A DNA stretch of 64,000 bases from a virus (taxonomy: Duplodnaviria > Caudoviricetes): positions 10,080-74,079 of the IMG/VR virus record IMGVR_UViG_3300022555_000045. One strand, given 5' to 3'. A program made the translations under genes and the position numbers. This document shows positions 48,101-58,700 of this stretch, piece after piece; the stretch's first letter is position 1, and each line of letters begins with the position of its first letter. Under the pieces are notes generated by a model. The model was not told the origin of the DNA. It worked only from the letters and a program-made list of their open reading frames with translations, and ran no database searches.

Positions 48101-50553
48101 AGTATTCAGTTTCTCATGCAGTAAATATAAGTGGTCTTCCTATTGGGGTAGTAGACGCATTAACTAGTATGACCTTCAATCTAGGTCCTGGTGCAATGAG
48201 TCAGTTGTACCAAACAGCAAATGAGTGTGCTTCTACTGGAGACTATAAACCTTTAGCTGACCGTATGCAGCTTTACAATAAAGCCGGAGGCACTATAAAC
48301 GGCGGGCTAGTTAAAAGGCGGAAAGAAGAAGCTTCTTGGTTTATGGGTGCTGGTTATGATCCAGGAACTTCCGAATCAGTAATGACTAGTCTAGGTAAAG
48401 GTGTACACTCTGCTGCTGCTGGTGTAGGTAGTGCTATAGGCACAGCAGTTGGTGCAGTTGGTGATTACATGTCACCTATTTTTAGCTCTATGCTGAGTGG
48501 TGCTAAAGATTTTACCTTAGCAGCTTTAGGCGATAATGCTGTTAAGGCTATGACTGATATGGGCATGAAGATTGAGACGGGGCGTAAAGATTATAACGCT
48601 CCTTTAGATAAGTGGGCTGCTAGCGGTCAGAAAAGGCAAAGTGCCGGTGGCGCAGGCGGAAGAAGTCGTATGCCTGCCTCTGTTGGTATGGATTCGTTTA
48701 ATGCTCCTTCAGAAGCAAGTGCTGTAAGTGGAGGAGGTAGCGGTAGAACTATTTCTATGGGAGGTAACGGTATAGGGGATGGTACTCCGCCTGACAATAT
48801 ACCGTTGACAGAAATAAAAACTAAGTCTGGCAAAACCGCTAAAGTGAACTCAGCCTATGCACCTAATTTCCAAGGTTTTATAAATGATTTAGAAGCTACA
48901 GGGTATCAAATAACCGATCTTGGTGGGTACTCTCCCAGAAAGAACGCTAATAACTCAAGTAGGTGGAGTACTCATGCTTGGGGTGCTGCTATTGATATAA
49001 ATCCTGATCAAAGTCCTAATAGGTCTAAAACAACTGACTTGCCTCCGTCAACTGCCGAGTTGGCTGCTAAATGGGGGTTAGGATGGGGGATGAATTGGAA
49101 AAGTGTACAAGACCCAATGCATTTTTCTTCAGCGTCTAGAGAAGGTGGCTCTGAGGCATCTGTAGCTAAAGGTCCAGGTACACAACCTCCTACTATGACT
49201 GCAGGTTCCAATCAACCTGCTACTATGCCTACTCCACAAATTACTTCTCCTGGTAATATATCTTCTCCTGTAGCGGCACCTGCCTCTCCTCCTGCTACGT
49301 CGCCACCTACTTCTATTATTCCTAAAAACCCTGTTCAGCCAGTACCGCCAGTAGCTACCCCTTCACCTTCCACGCCTACCCCAGCAGCAACTACTGCTAA
49401 GCCATCAGGTCATACAGGTACTATAACTACTGTTGCTCCTGCATCACAGTCGTCTAATACTCCTACTGCTGGTGGGCCAGCGTCAATACCTGCACCTTTA
49501 ACTGACAAACAAATAGCTAAACAAAAATTTGACGCTATAGGTAAAGATACTACCGCTAAATTAGAGGCTTTAACAGCTAAAGGTGCTGGTATACTTGAGG
49601 CAGCCAAAGAAGGTAAAATTTCTATGGCTGACGCACATAAACAAATGGATAGTATATCTGCTCAACACGCTGCTATTGAAAAAGGTGCTAAAGAACAGCA
49701 ATCTGCTATTGTTAGAGATTTTACCTCTAAGCATCCTGAAGCTACACCAGCACCAAGCACACCTCCAACTTCTTCTGCTCCGGCAGTTACAACAGGCTCT
49801 AGCAGAGGTTTATCAAGCGGTGCTCCTTCTGCTCCAGCGGCAACTACGCCTACAGGATCAGTTACAGGTACTCCTATTTCACGGTCTACTGGTTTACCTA
49901 TGCATGTTGATGACAAAGGTAGCTTAACCTCAGCACCTACTGCTACACCAGCACCAGCAGGCAAGAGTTTAGGAGACCTTAGTAAAACGGCTGCTCAGAA
50001 TCGAGCGGACAATAACGCCGCAGCTAAAGCTAAGTCAGAGGCTACTCAAGCACCGGCTACATCTCCAGCTTCTACAGCAGCAGGTTCGCCTAGCTTACAA
50101 GCTCAAGACGCCGCGACTAAACAGTCGTTTCAAGCAGCTTTTGATAAAGCTCCTAAAACTGAGGCTGGTAAAGCAGCAGAAGCTCAGCAGGCCGAGGGGT
50201 TAAAACAAGAGCTAGCTAAAGCTCAAGCAGCTAAGGCTCCTGAAGCTCAAGCACAAGCTCAACAAAACGCAACCGAAGCTCAAATGACTCCGGAACAACG
50301 GTCTGCTGCCGGATTACGTCCAAGTTTTGGAAAAGCAAAGCCTGCTGCAGGAACTTCTACTCCTACACCGCCAACGAGTCAACCTCGAGACACGCTACAA
50401 GAAAAAGCACCTCCACCTCCAGCACCTCCACCTCCAGCACCTAAAGTAGTACCTCCAGCACCATCACCCTCGGTTGGTCCTACAGTAGACCCTAAGGACA
50501 TTAACTTTCATCCCTCTGATGCTGATCATAATACTCCTCAACAGCACTCTTAA
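45157..50553 (+). CDS. Tape measure-like protein with GH24 lysozyme and M15 peptidase domains
   Basis: Coiled-coil N-terminus; LEGF...D...GYGT, MTFNLG and YNKAGG...GLVKRRKEEA (GH24); STHAWGAAIDINP...DPMHFS (M15); Pro/Ala/Thr-rich tail. Confidence 0.8.
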   Translation: MLNLSEAQNYVNGRAQMFRPRDSLGRFVGGAQPKQSKYDETVELQQIKSTLLRLEKLMGKQVTTATLNKAGLSPLGPLNTPANGNARAKQTAKEDKDIADKKRDFIANERRERREIDKVRLEKREVIDLRKNRKEVHKDFQEVDKRLDQIIKLLNNANGTSILSTVENLLKDVVEGYLLKKFFDMFNKNKPTKEATKPTKAEPKEKPTKTEPNEKPSKKTTTPEERTKGAKPQKGGIGENLKTWMASKGFLGNKAKAEAEAKIAGEVAEKAELDRLAREKTALEARTEANNKLAEVAELDIKASKEAIELAKARETEITKEQEANKAREQAKTSGLKEDNAALEAKERELDKARADRKALELKAADSKIQAEKAKADTARAELAAAEQEARVAKDKQNKVEADAKAQLEASKKPPTEPVKPVEEPHVPTKGLTSEEHVGGVGGGKVAAVAAAATIALTALGLAKEQSKVDDERINGALSEEQALAKKQKNQAETISGLINDVSAWQAIEMGLAVAMGAVGTVAAAPAVGIGGVSAAVIGGGVIAAGMAYDVVAPSLGLPTITGPITKGFEGIKGLLGKGDNSDKPKEGEVTTAVPATTGTQAAPSAPAAPVSAIPVAEPTLVSSTTPGTSSKDNKATTPSLWDNISGFFVSEAHADTLPPDFDPKALTAGSTPSKEDISLFNYYSDGIKQLEVSKIIKENGLIDSWSLETCLIKVEQIKEIINQLNEILTYFDSRVDGDSQSLAKRTDKLIYAFKARLESIKKRIEDLKKSSEATATITAAAAKVIDTVVTVGSQAAPAITTPAVISTPTAESKPSSILTRGLSSAGASLAAGATAVGDFIMPSANANEIGAVPPVPMAGNAPSSTPPTAQPAIDRAIGVNPSVADQIPSSKQPVAATPSQPPPPPPREQPPTAGGNEGSLSASLSSTLITNVKKLEGFTAVAAADYKQLSNGYGTKSRYPGEEIDKTEAEKRLKEELAKAKYSVSHAVNISGLPIGVVDALTSMTFNLGPGAMSQLYQTANECASTGDYKPLADRMQLYNKAGGTINGGLVKRRKEEASWFMGAGYDPGTSESVMTSLGKGVHSAAAGVGSAIGTAVGAVGDYMSPIFSSMLSGAKDFTLAALGDNAVKAMTDMGMKIETGRKDYNAPLDKWAASGQKRQSAGGAGGRSRMPASVGMDSFNAPSEASAVSGGGSGRTISMGGNGIGDGTPPDNIPLTEIKTKSGKTAKVNSAYAPNFQGFINDLEATGYQITDLGGYSPRKNANNSSRWSTHAWGAAIDINPDQSPNRSKTTDLPPSTAELAAKWGLGWGMNWKSVQDPMHFSSASREGGSEASVAKGPGTQPPTMTAGSNQPATMPTPQITSPGNISSPVAAPASPPATSPPTSIIPKNPVQPVPPVATPSPSTPTPAATTAKPSGHTGTITTVAPASQSSNTPTAGGPASIPAPLTDKQIAKQKFDAIGKDTTAKLEALTAKGAGILEAAKEGKISMADAHKQMDSISAQHAAIEKGAKEQQSAIVRDFTSKHPEATPAPSTPPTSSAPAVTTGSSRGLSSGAPSAPAATTPTGSVTGTPISRSTGLPMHVDDKGSLTSAPTATPAPAGKSLGDLSKTAAQNRADNNAAAKAKSEATQAPATSPASTAAGSPSLQAQDAATKQSFQAAFDKAPKTEAGKAAEAQQAEGLKQELAKAQAAKAPEAQAQAQQNATEAQMTPEQRSAAGLRPSFGKAKPAAGTSTPTPPTSQPRDTLQEKAPPPPAPPPPAPKVVPPAPSPSVGPTVDPKDINFHPSDADHNTPQQHS

Positions 50554-50575
50554 TTCTTAGTAAAGGTACCCTTCC

Positions 50576-51256
50576 ATGGTTACTACTCCTAGTATGACTT
50601 CTCCAGAGTACTCCTCTCTTGACTCTTACATAGTAATAATTACAGCTAATGGGGATAATCCTGCCTTTGCTGGAGTAGGTGGGCATATTAAAGCATGGAT
50701 GCCGGAGAGCTTACAACTTAGTCTATCTGCTCAGTATGAGACTACGTTAGGAGGAGGTATATCCGATGCCGCTGTTGGTAGTGTAGGACAAGTGGCTGGT
50801 GGTCTAGCTAGAGGAGCTAATGGTGGTACAATAGGTGGTATGACGGGACAACCTGTAGGTATTCAGCAAATGTCCCTTCAAACCTGGAAGAGTAGCGATC
50901 CTATTAGGCTTACATTATCTCTAGTTTTTATGGCTATAGAAGACCCTATGGAAGAGGTAATGAAGCCTGCTGTTGCACTAATGAGTACTATTCTACCTAA
51001 GGGTACTAATGTAGGTGGGGCTATAATATTAGAAGCTCCTGGTCCCACCTACAACGATTCTAAACGTGGAACGTATCAAATTCAGTACGGAGATATCATG
51101 AATATCCCCAACGCTATCATAAACTCAGTTAATTTAGTAGCTGACAGTCTAATTTACGATAGTGGTAAGTTAATAGGCTGCACAGTGGATGTTAGTGTTG
51201 AAACTTCTATGATTACTACGATTCAAGACTTTTTACAGATATTCATGATTAATTAA
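50576..51256 (+). CDS. Baseplate/tail structural protein
   Basis: Follows the tape measure gene; the beta-rich pattern resembles tube-initiator-type proteins. Confidence 0.55.
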   Translation: MVTTPSMTSPEYSSLDSYIVIITANGDNPAFAGVGGHIKAWMPESLQLSLSAQYETTLGGGISDAAVGSVGQVAGGLARGANGGTIGGMTGQPVGIQQMSLQTWKSSDPIRLTLSLVFMAIEDPMEEVMKPAVALMSTILPKGTNVGGAIILEAPGPTYNDSKRGTYQIQYGDIMNIPNAIINSVNLVADSLIYDSGKLIGCTVDVSVETSMITTIQDFLQIFMIN

Positions 51257-51270
51257 AAAGGGGCATTACT

Positions 51271-51645
51271 ATGGCTGCAATGTCAACTTTTTACAGGTCT
51301 AACTACGCTAGGTCAACTTTTGCAGCAACTATTACAATGATTAACAAGTTTCAGTCAGAGAACCAGATTGACTTGTTAAACCCTAAGATTGTTAAACTAT
51401 TTGACTACATCACAAACTATAATACTCATGTGTATCAAGCTCATGAGAAAATAGTGACGCTATCTTACAATTACTACGGTACCACTAGTCTGTGGTGGTT
51501 AATTATTCTAGCCTCTGGTCAAATCCACCCCTACGAGATACAGCCAGGGACCACCTTACTGCTGCCGTTTCTCAATCAGGTATCTGACGGTATAAACGCA
51601 CTAAACGCCGCAAACAATACTGTATCAAAAGTAGTCATGATCTAA
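51271..51645 (+). CDS. Baseplate wedge protein, gp53/LysM-like
   Basis: LSYNYYGTTSLWWLIILASG...IQPGTTLLLP. Confidence 0.75.
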   Translation: MAAMSTFYRSNYARSTFAATITMINKFQSENQIDLLNPKIVKLFDYITNYNTHVYQAHEKIVTLSYNYYGTTSLWWLIILASGQIHPYEIQPGTTLLLPFLNQVSDGINALNAANNTVSKVVMI

Positions 51646-51774
51646 CAATCGTGTACCATGATCTAACAATCGTGTACCATGATCTAACAATCGTGTACCA
51701 TGATCTAACAATCGTGTACCATGATCTAACAATCGTGTACCATGATCTAACAATCGTGTACCATGATCTAACAA
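51636..51774. repeat. 21-bp tandem array, 6.6 identical copies
   Basis: catgatctaacaatcgtgtac at 51636, 51657, 51678, 51699, 51720 and 51741, plus a partial copy at 51762. Confidence 0.95.
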
Positions 51775-51805
51775 CCTAACAACCTAAAAATAAAGGTTAA
51801 CTACG

Positions 51806-52963
51806 ATGTTTATCGTTAAAGATACTGCCAAAGTTGACATAACCATTGACTCTGATGATAACCAGTTACAGATGACTTTAGGCAATCTTAAACATTGTAT
51901 TATTGTGGACAACATTCAGTATCTAGTCCCTATGATTGACATGCGGTTTATTGACGCTACTGGTGTTACTATTAAAGATGTTACTATTGGTGACGGTACG
52001 GTAATGCAAGTAGGTATAGGTAAAGATACTGACTCTGGCACCTTCCTGAAAAAGCTGTACCGTATTTCCTCGGTTAAGGAACACTCTCAAGTACCTGCTG
52101 GTTTAATGTACCGGGTAATAGGTGTTCTTGATGAGTATAAGTACATGCGCGGTCAGGTACAGAAGTCTTATGGTAACATGACCTCTTCAGACGCAATACA
52201 GCAAGCAGCTACCGACGCTGGTATAACTAACATTGTGTTACCTGACACTACCCCTAACGATAAAATGAATTGGCTGCCTGCTGGTAAAAGTTACGGTAAT
52301 TTTTGTCACCACGTTGCTAACCACGGTTGGATTGATGACAAATCTTGCATGGTTTTAGGAGTAAGCTCTGATACGCAAGAGACTCAACTATCCTACTTAG
52401 ATATGACTATTCAAGCCCAAAAGTCACCTACTGCAACTTTTGCTAACAATCCAAGCGACGGTGAGATACGCGTTCATCATTTTGAGATGAAGAATCTGGG
52501 CGGAATGATGAATAGCTTCGTTAACTACGGACATGTTGCTACTGAAGAGAGTATCTACGGGTCTAATACCTATACCCAAACAGCAGCCACTAAAACAAGC
52601 ACATTCATTAACATTAACGAAAGTGTAAAAGGTGACGTTGGTAACACGCGCCGAACCTTTTTACCCTTGAACTGTGGCAACGTTAGTGAAAAGTACACGG
52701 TAGCTAAGTATCAGAATGATAAACTTTTAGCCTCTTACTCCTACATCCTAGTAGTTATTGTGTCTACGTTTACAAGTGTAAAACTGTTTGACGTGGTTAA
52801 AGTCCGTATCGCAGACATCAACAATAATGACAGCCGTCAAGATGTTTCTGGTATCTACGTAGTAGCGGCTAAGATAAAAATTATAGCTAATAATACGTAC
52901 TACGAAAAGTTCCGCCTTGTATCAACTGGTCCTAACCAGAACGTATCCAACGAGTTCTTTTAG
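51806..52963 (+). CDS. Baseplate hub protein (gp27/late control D-like)
   Basis: 385 aa, located between the gp53-like and gp5-like genes. Confidence 0.65.
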   Translation: MFIVKDTAKVDITIDSDDNQLQMTLGNLKHCIIVDNIQYLVPMIDMRFIDATGVTIKDVTIGDGTVMQVGIGKDTDSGTFLKKLYRISSVKEHSQVPAGLMYRVIGVLDEYKYMRGQVQKSYGNMTSSDAIQQAATDAGITNIVLPDTTPNDKMNWLPAGKSYGNFCHHVANHGWIDDKSCMVLGVSSDTQETQLSYLDMTIQAQKSPTATFANNPSDGEIRVHHFEMKNLGGMMNSFVNYGHVATEESIYGSNTYTQTAATKTSTFININESVKGDVGNTRRTFLPLNCGNVSEKYTVAKYQNDKLLASYSYILVVIVSTFTSVKLFDVVKVRIADINNNDSRQDVSGIYVVAAKIKIIANNTYYEKFRLVSTGPNQNVSNEFF

Positions 52964-53061
52964 ACTGATACTCCTACTCTCCGATAGCTCCCTGATAACC
53001 ACGACTAGCCCCTAACTAACGGCCACTGCTCTGACCTTTCTGTTAAAGAGGACTATCTACC

Positions 53062-53823
53062 ATGGCCTTATTCGTTACTCAGTCCAAGATACAACCTGAG
53101 AGCTTTAAAGGTAAGATGTTTGTTGGTATCGTTGTTGATAACAATGACAATAACGATCCTAATAAACCTAAAGATAAACCACCTCTACAACGGTGTAAGG
53201 TTAGGTGTCGAGGGGTCCATGAAGGCATGGATGACGCGTCTCTACCTTGGGCTATGAAAGGTCAGCACGCCGGAGGGGATCAGAACAAGGTAGATGTTCC
53301 TCCTTTAGGTACTGAGGTTATGATTGAGTTTCAGGATGACACAATATATCATCCTATTTGGCACGGGTCAAGACAAACTTACGATAATGCTAATCCAGAG
53401 TTAACTAGTACAAACTATCCTAACCAGATAGGAGAAATCGACCGTTCTGGTAATAAGTTTGTACGAGATACTAAGACCGATGCTTGGGAATTTACTCACG
53501 TTAGTGGAAGTCAAATAACCTTTGACGGTTTTGGTCACATTAAGTTGGTAGTAGCTGACGGCAAAGTAGGCCCTGACGCTACTACCACTGTACCTAAAGG
53601 CATAACTATTGAAATACAAGGTCCTTGTAGCATACTTGCTAAAGAAGACATAAACATAAAGACACAAGGAACTACAAACATCGAAGCTGTTGGTCAAGTT
53701 AACATTAGAGCTGCTAAAATCAACTTGAACGATCAAGGCCCTAATGTATCAGCGCCTGCTGTGCCACCAGCTAGAACTAGACCTAAAGAGACTCCGTTCT
53801 TGAATCAAATCAACTACGCGTAG
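53062..53823 (+). CDS. Baseplate spike protein (gp5/gpV-like)
   Basis: VGIVVDNND...QRCKVR...LPWA...VPPLGTEVMIEF OB fold, followed by beta-helix repeats. Confidence 0.85.
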   Translation: MALFVTQSKIQPESFKGKMFVGIVVDNNDNNDPNKPKDKPPLQRCKVRCRGVHEGMDDASLPWAMKGQHAGGDQNKVDVPPLGTEVMIEFQDDTIYHPIWHGSRQTYDNANPELTSTNYPNQIGEIDRSGNKFVRDTKTDAWEFTHVSGSQITFDGFGHIKLVVADGKVGPDATTTVPKGITIEIQGPCSILAKEDINIKTQGTTNIEAVGQVNIRAAKINLNDQGPNVSAPAVPPARTRPKETPFLNQINYA

Positions 53824-53831
53824 GGTCAGCC

Positions 53832-54263
53832 ATGGCTACTTTTCAACCTCCTCAAATAATGCCTGCTGCTAACGCTACTTTTCTTTACTACACAGATATC
53901 AATTTTCAGTATGGTGTAGGAGGAAACACTGCTGAAAAGGTATCCAACATAGATGTAGTTAATCAAGAAATAATGTATCTAATAACTACTGTACGTGGTT
54001 CTCGTGAATTTGAACCTACTTTTGGTTCTAAAATACCTAAGTTGCTGTTTGAACCTTGTCTGTCATCTACTGCGCGACTTTTAAAAATGGCTGTAATTGA
54101 AGCTGTAGGTGAATGGATACCTCGTATAACTCTATCCATACAGAAAACCAACTTCTACCCTATGCCAGAAGACATGGCTTTCTTAGGTATTATATCGTAT
54201 AACATTCCTATTATGAGCACTTCAGCTTCGTTAACCTTAAAACTACCTTCTCTATTTATGTAG
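53832..54263 (+). CDS. Baseplate wedge protein gp25-like
   Basis: LITTVRGSREFEPTFGSKIPKLLFEP...EWIPRI. Confidence 0.88.
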   Translation: MATFQPPQIMPAANATFLYYTDINFQYGVGGNTAEKVSNIDVVNQEIMYLITTVRGSREFEPTFGSKIPKLLFEPCLSSTARLLKMAVIEAVGEWIPRITLSIQKTNFYPMPEDMAFLGIISYNIPIMSTSASLTLKLPSLFM

Positions 54264-54300
54264 CCTGTATCAAGTAATTTCTCTTAATAAAGGTGCTCTA

Positions 54301-55710
54301 ATGCCTCAGGTTAATTTATCTAATTTAACTATTGATTACGAGCAATTTACACAGCAGTTCGCCTCTGATCTATTAACTAGAGACCAGTGGACTGACTTGT
54401 CTCCTACAGGTACTGGTGTAACTATCATTCAGTGGTTGTCTAGTCTAGGTGCTTATGAAATTATGGCTATTGAGCGTTCTCTTCAAGAGACTATGCTCGA
54501 TACCGCACGTCAACCTAATTCTATATACACAATAGCCCGTATGTTAGGGGTCCATGTCTTTCGTAAAGTTCCAGGTAGCTGCACTGTGTCCTTAGCTAAT
54601 TCCTCTGCTGGAACAGCAGTTAGTATAGCAAGTTATAGCCAGTTTATGATTCAAGGGCGTTACTACTTTAATCGTGAGCCCTTCATCTTCAACATAAATG
54701 ACACTAACGCTCAAGTAGTTACTTTATATCAAGGACAAGTACAGTTTGAACAAATTGTAGCTCAAGGTGGAGACTTTCAACGCTATTACATAGGAGGTCC
54801 TGGTATAAACATAAGCGATCAAGACGTATTTGCTACTTTACAAAACGGTACAATTTTAGTCAAAAGCACTACTGACGCTTTGTGGACATTCCCCTATAAT
54901 TCACCGCAGTTTTTCGAGAACTCTATGCCAGACTTTACCGTTGAGTGTGCCTGGGGGAATACAACATACGGTATAGTGCCTGCTATAAACGACGTTATTA
55001 CGTTTTATTACACAGTCACAAACGGCTTGTCTGGCAACTATGCAGTGTCTGGAGAGAACGTAACAACTCAGAACTACCCAACTATAACAGGGCTTACGTT
55101 GTCACCAACCGTTGGTGGGGCTGATGAGAAGACAATAGACTTCTATCGCGTCTTTGGTCCTATGTTATTCTCCGCTAACCGTAGAATGGTTACACGTGAC
55201 GATTACCGAGCTACTACGCTAACCTACCCCGGTGTACTGGATTGTTTTTTCTTAGGGCAGGCCGACGTTGATCCTACTAGACTTGAGTGGATGAACGCGA
55301 TTCAATATACAATATTGGCAGTACCTGCTTGGACGGATGCTCAACATGCTACATTCGTACAGTGGGTGAAGACCGTAGGTATATACCAGACTCGATTACA
55401 AAGGCAAGACCCGGTTGCTGTGCCTGTAGATGTTATTGCTACCGTATCCTGTACCAATAGAGCTAACCTTTCTAGTATTCAAAAACTGATAATTCAAGCG
55501 ATCAATAGTCTATTTATTCTACAGCCAGGTTCTCTAGGTTATAGCATGTATCAATCTGATATTACCACTGTTATCTCCAATGTAAGTCAGGACATAGAGT
55601 ATATTGATTTACAATCACCCTCTATGAACGTAATAGTAAATAGCCTCCAGTACGTTACTTTGAACAGTGTTACTATAACTATGGCTTATACGGATCGTGT
55701 TCCGCACTGA
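54301..55710 (+). CDS. Baseplate wedge protein gp6 / baseplate J-like
   Basis: DTARQPNSIYTIARMLG, GGADEK, RMVTRDDY. Confidence 0.85.
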   Translation: MPQVNLSNLTIDYEQFTQQFASDLLTRDQWTDLSPTGTGVTIIQWLSSLGAYEIMAIERSLQETMLDTARQPNSIYTIARMLGVHVFRKVPGSCTVSLANSSAGTAVSIASYSQFMIQGRYYFNREPFIFNINDTNAQVVTLYQGQVQFEQIVAQGGDFQRYYIGGPGINISDQDVFATLQNGTILVKSTTDALWTFPYNSPQFFENSMPDFTVECAWGNTTYGIVPAINDVITFYYTVTNGLSGNYAVSGENVTTQNYPTITGLTLSPTVGGADEKTIDFYRVFGPMLFSANRRMVTRDDYRATTLTYPGVLDCFFLGQADVDPTRLEWMNAIQYTILAVPAWTDAQHATFVQWVKTVGIYQTRLQRQDPVAVPVDVIATVSCTNRANLSSIQKLIIQAINSLFILQPGSLGYSMYQSDITTVISNVSQDIEYIDLQSPSMNVIVNSLQYVTLNSVTITMAYTDRVPH

Positions 55711-55785
55711 TCACAGCCACAGTAAACGTGTCCCGCACTCCAATACCGCCAATAACTGAATAGCGTTTTCAGAAGAGTAAAGTCA

Positions 55786-58700
55786 ATGGAATACACACTA
55801 TTAGACTACGGCGCTGACTTAGTTAACCAAGCCATTGTTAACGGAGCTACTATTGTAATTGACGGATTCCAAATTGGGTACGCCGTCAATCCGTCTGTCT
55901 CAGGCTCTATAGTTTCACCGGTAAACCCTGTCTATATAAGTGATGAAACTAGTCAGCTTAACGTTCAACTAAGTTACGATCCTAATGTTCTTGGTATTAG
56001 TTGTGTATTACCTGTTAATGCTGATGACGACTTTGACATTGGTAACGTGTTATTGACATCAAGTAGTGTTCTGTACAATATTGACACGTCTAAAAAAGCT
56101 AATCAAATAATAGTAACTCCTGGTGTTAAGCTCTCATCGTATACTGCAGGCTACTACATTCTAGTACAAGTAGCTAATAGTAATAACAATGTTGGTAAGA
56201 CGGTTATAACTTTTAGTATTGATTCTATTAACGATATTGGCAGTCCAAATTCTATAATAATAAACCCACCTATCCCTATACTAGCCTTAACTATAGGGTA
56301 TAATGTTTTAGTTAACATTGCTAATACAAATACCAAGTCAAACTGTACTGTTTCTATTTACGGTTTACCTAATGTTTACCCTATAGTTGACATAAATGGG
56401 TATCCGTTAGCTCCAGGAGTGCTACAAAAAGACAGCATTTGTGAGTTTATATTTACAGGTACTTCTTTTCAGTTAAGTGGTAATACATCAATAGAAGTAA
56501 CAAATGCTGACTTTACCTCTTTAGCTCCAGGTTCTCTTATTGCAGGTCAAGTTTACAAGCTTACTTGTATATATAATACTACTATTAACAGTATTTCAGG
56601 TAAACCTTGTAATACTTACTCATTCACCCCAGAACTTTACTCATTTTTAACACCAACACCTTTTGCTTTTGGAGCTTTAGGTAAAGCAGTAGTTAAGACC
56701 ACCAATAAGTTAACTATCTGGGGTACTTTATCAAACTCTACCACGGATATTTCTACACAAGCTAACCAAATTACTGTACTTCCTGGTATCAAACTATCCA
56801 ATTTAGTCATCGGTTATACTGCTATAGTGAAAGTGGCTAATACTAACACAGGAGTCACCACTCTTACCTTTAGTAATGGTGAAATTCAAGATATTGGTAC
56901 TGTCAACGCTTTACTGGTTAACCCTACTCACCCTGTAGCCTCATTAACTGTTGGTTATACTTTAGTAGTTAAAGCTGGTAACACCAACACAGGCCCTTGC
57001 ACAATAACTATATATGAGTTAGTTCCCGTAGACATTGTAGATATCTACGGTAATCCTTTAGTTGGGGGAGCGATACAGAATGGTGCTACTTACGAGCTAA
57101 TATTTGACGGTGTTGAGTTTGTAATAACCTCAGAGCCTATTATTACTATTAGCGTAACAGTTACTAACATAGACAGAACACCGTTAGTCCCTAATACACT
57201 AGTAGCAGGAACAACCTATCAATTTTCTTGTATTTACGCAGACACTAACAACAATGTTTACTACTTCACACCAGCACCTTATACAAGCAGTATTTTTAAT
57301 ATCATTGACAACACAGTTGTTGTTGATTACCGACAAATGTTGCCAAACAGTTTTAATGATGTTCCTGTTTGGCAAGATATGGCAATATCAGCTTCGTTGA
57401 TCTATAGGCAAAATATAGTAAGTCCTCGTAACCAATTACGTAATATACGAGACCCTCAAGGACGCCAGCGTCAACAGATGGTTGATACTGCTCGTATGTT
57501 GGGACTTAACTACTACATTGATCAATTGCCTGATGCTGGTATAGATAGGTTAAGTAGGTATATAGCCCAATACTACCCTATGAAGGGTACACCACAGTTC
57601 GGCGATTTAATGAGCTTCCTTGAGAACTCAAGGATTTCTGTTAATCAACTTTGGTCACAAGACTACCAAGTATTTTATGAACAAAGTGAGCTATCTTCTC
57701 GTAACCTTACTACTATCTTTGATACTCCTCCTGGACCTTTTTACTTAACGTCTCACGTAGCGTTAGATTATGATGCTGAAAAATTTCCTATATCAAGTGA
57801 GCAAAATTTAGCTGATCTGTTCTATAAGCTTGCCCCAATTCACCTTGTTCTAAAGTATATTGACGGTGCCTTCTATCCTATCCCTGCTGTTATATACTTA
57901 ACTGGACGAGGTTACACAGAAGAAGAAATTATTAGCTCTTTCGGCTCTGATCCAGTAGAAGTAATATACTTGTATTACGAAGCTGGTATGATGGAAGAAG
58001 CTGTCTATGATTCTGTCAGCAATAAGCCTCCTGATGAAGCTGCTATTTATACATCAATAACTACTATAGACGAATCCGTCTACAAAGATCGTAGTGACGA
58101 GCCTGAGAACAAAACTACTATCTATAGCGTACCTGTTACTGTAGATGATGAAATCTTTGACTCTGTAAGTAACGAGCCACAAGACGGATTCGCTCTTTGC
58201 ACTTTTATTGGAAACGTAGATACCACTACTTATAGTTCGGTTAGCGATCCCGCTCCTAACAGTACAGGTGTACAGTCCTTACTAGTTAATATGGACGAAA
58301 GTTGCTATGACGATGTAGGTATAGAGCCTCCCTATGAGAGCACATTATACACAGGTTTGACTAATACTGATAGAGAGGTTGATGTTTCAGCACCTGATAC
58401 TGGGTTCAGGTTAACTACTGGAGAAACATACATAGTAATTAACGAACTGTTTAGTAATCAAACTTTGGGACCGCAAGCTGATTTTGTAAGAAAGTCTCCG
58501 GCTTGGTACTACGATGACTTTTTGAACCTAGCACCAGTAGGTATTGATAAGGTTAGGTTTGATTATAATCCCATTACTGGTAATTTTGCTGGGTTACTAA
58601 TTGAGCAAGCTTCTAAAAACTTAATTCCCGATCCTACTACTATAGAGTCTAAGACTCTCTCAGTAGACTACGGCACCTATACAGTATCTATGTTAGGAAC

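Noticed and set aside
52964-53061. C-rich intergenic stretch with short quasi-repeats
   Set aside because: No stable periodicity or fold that I can support.
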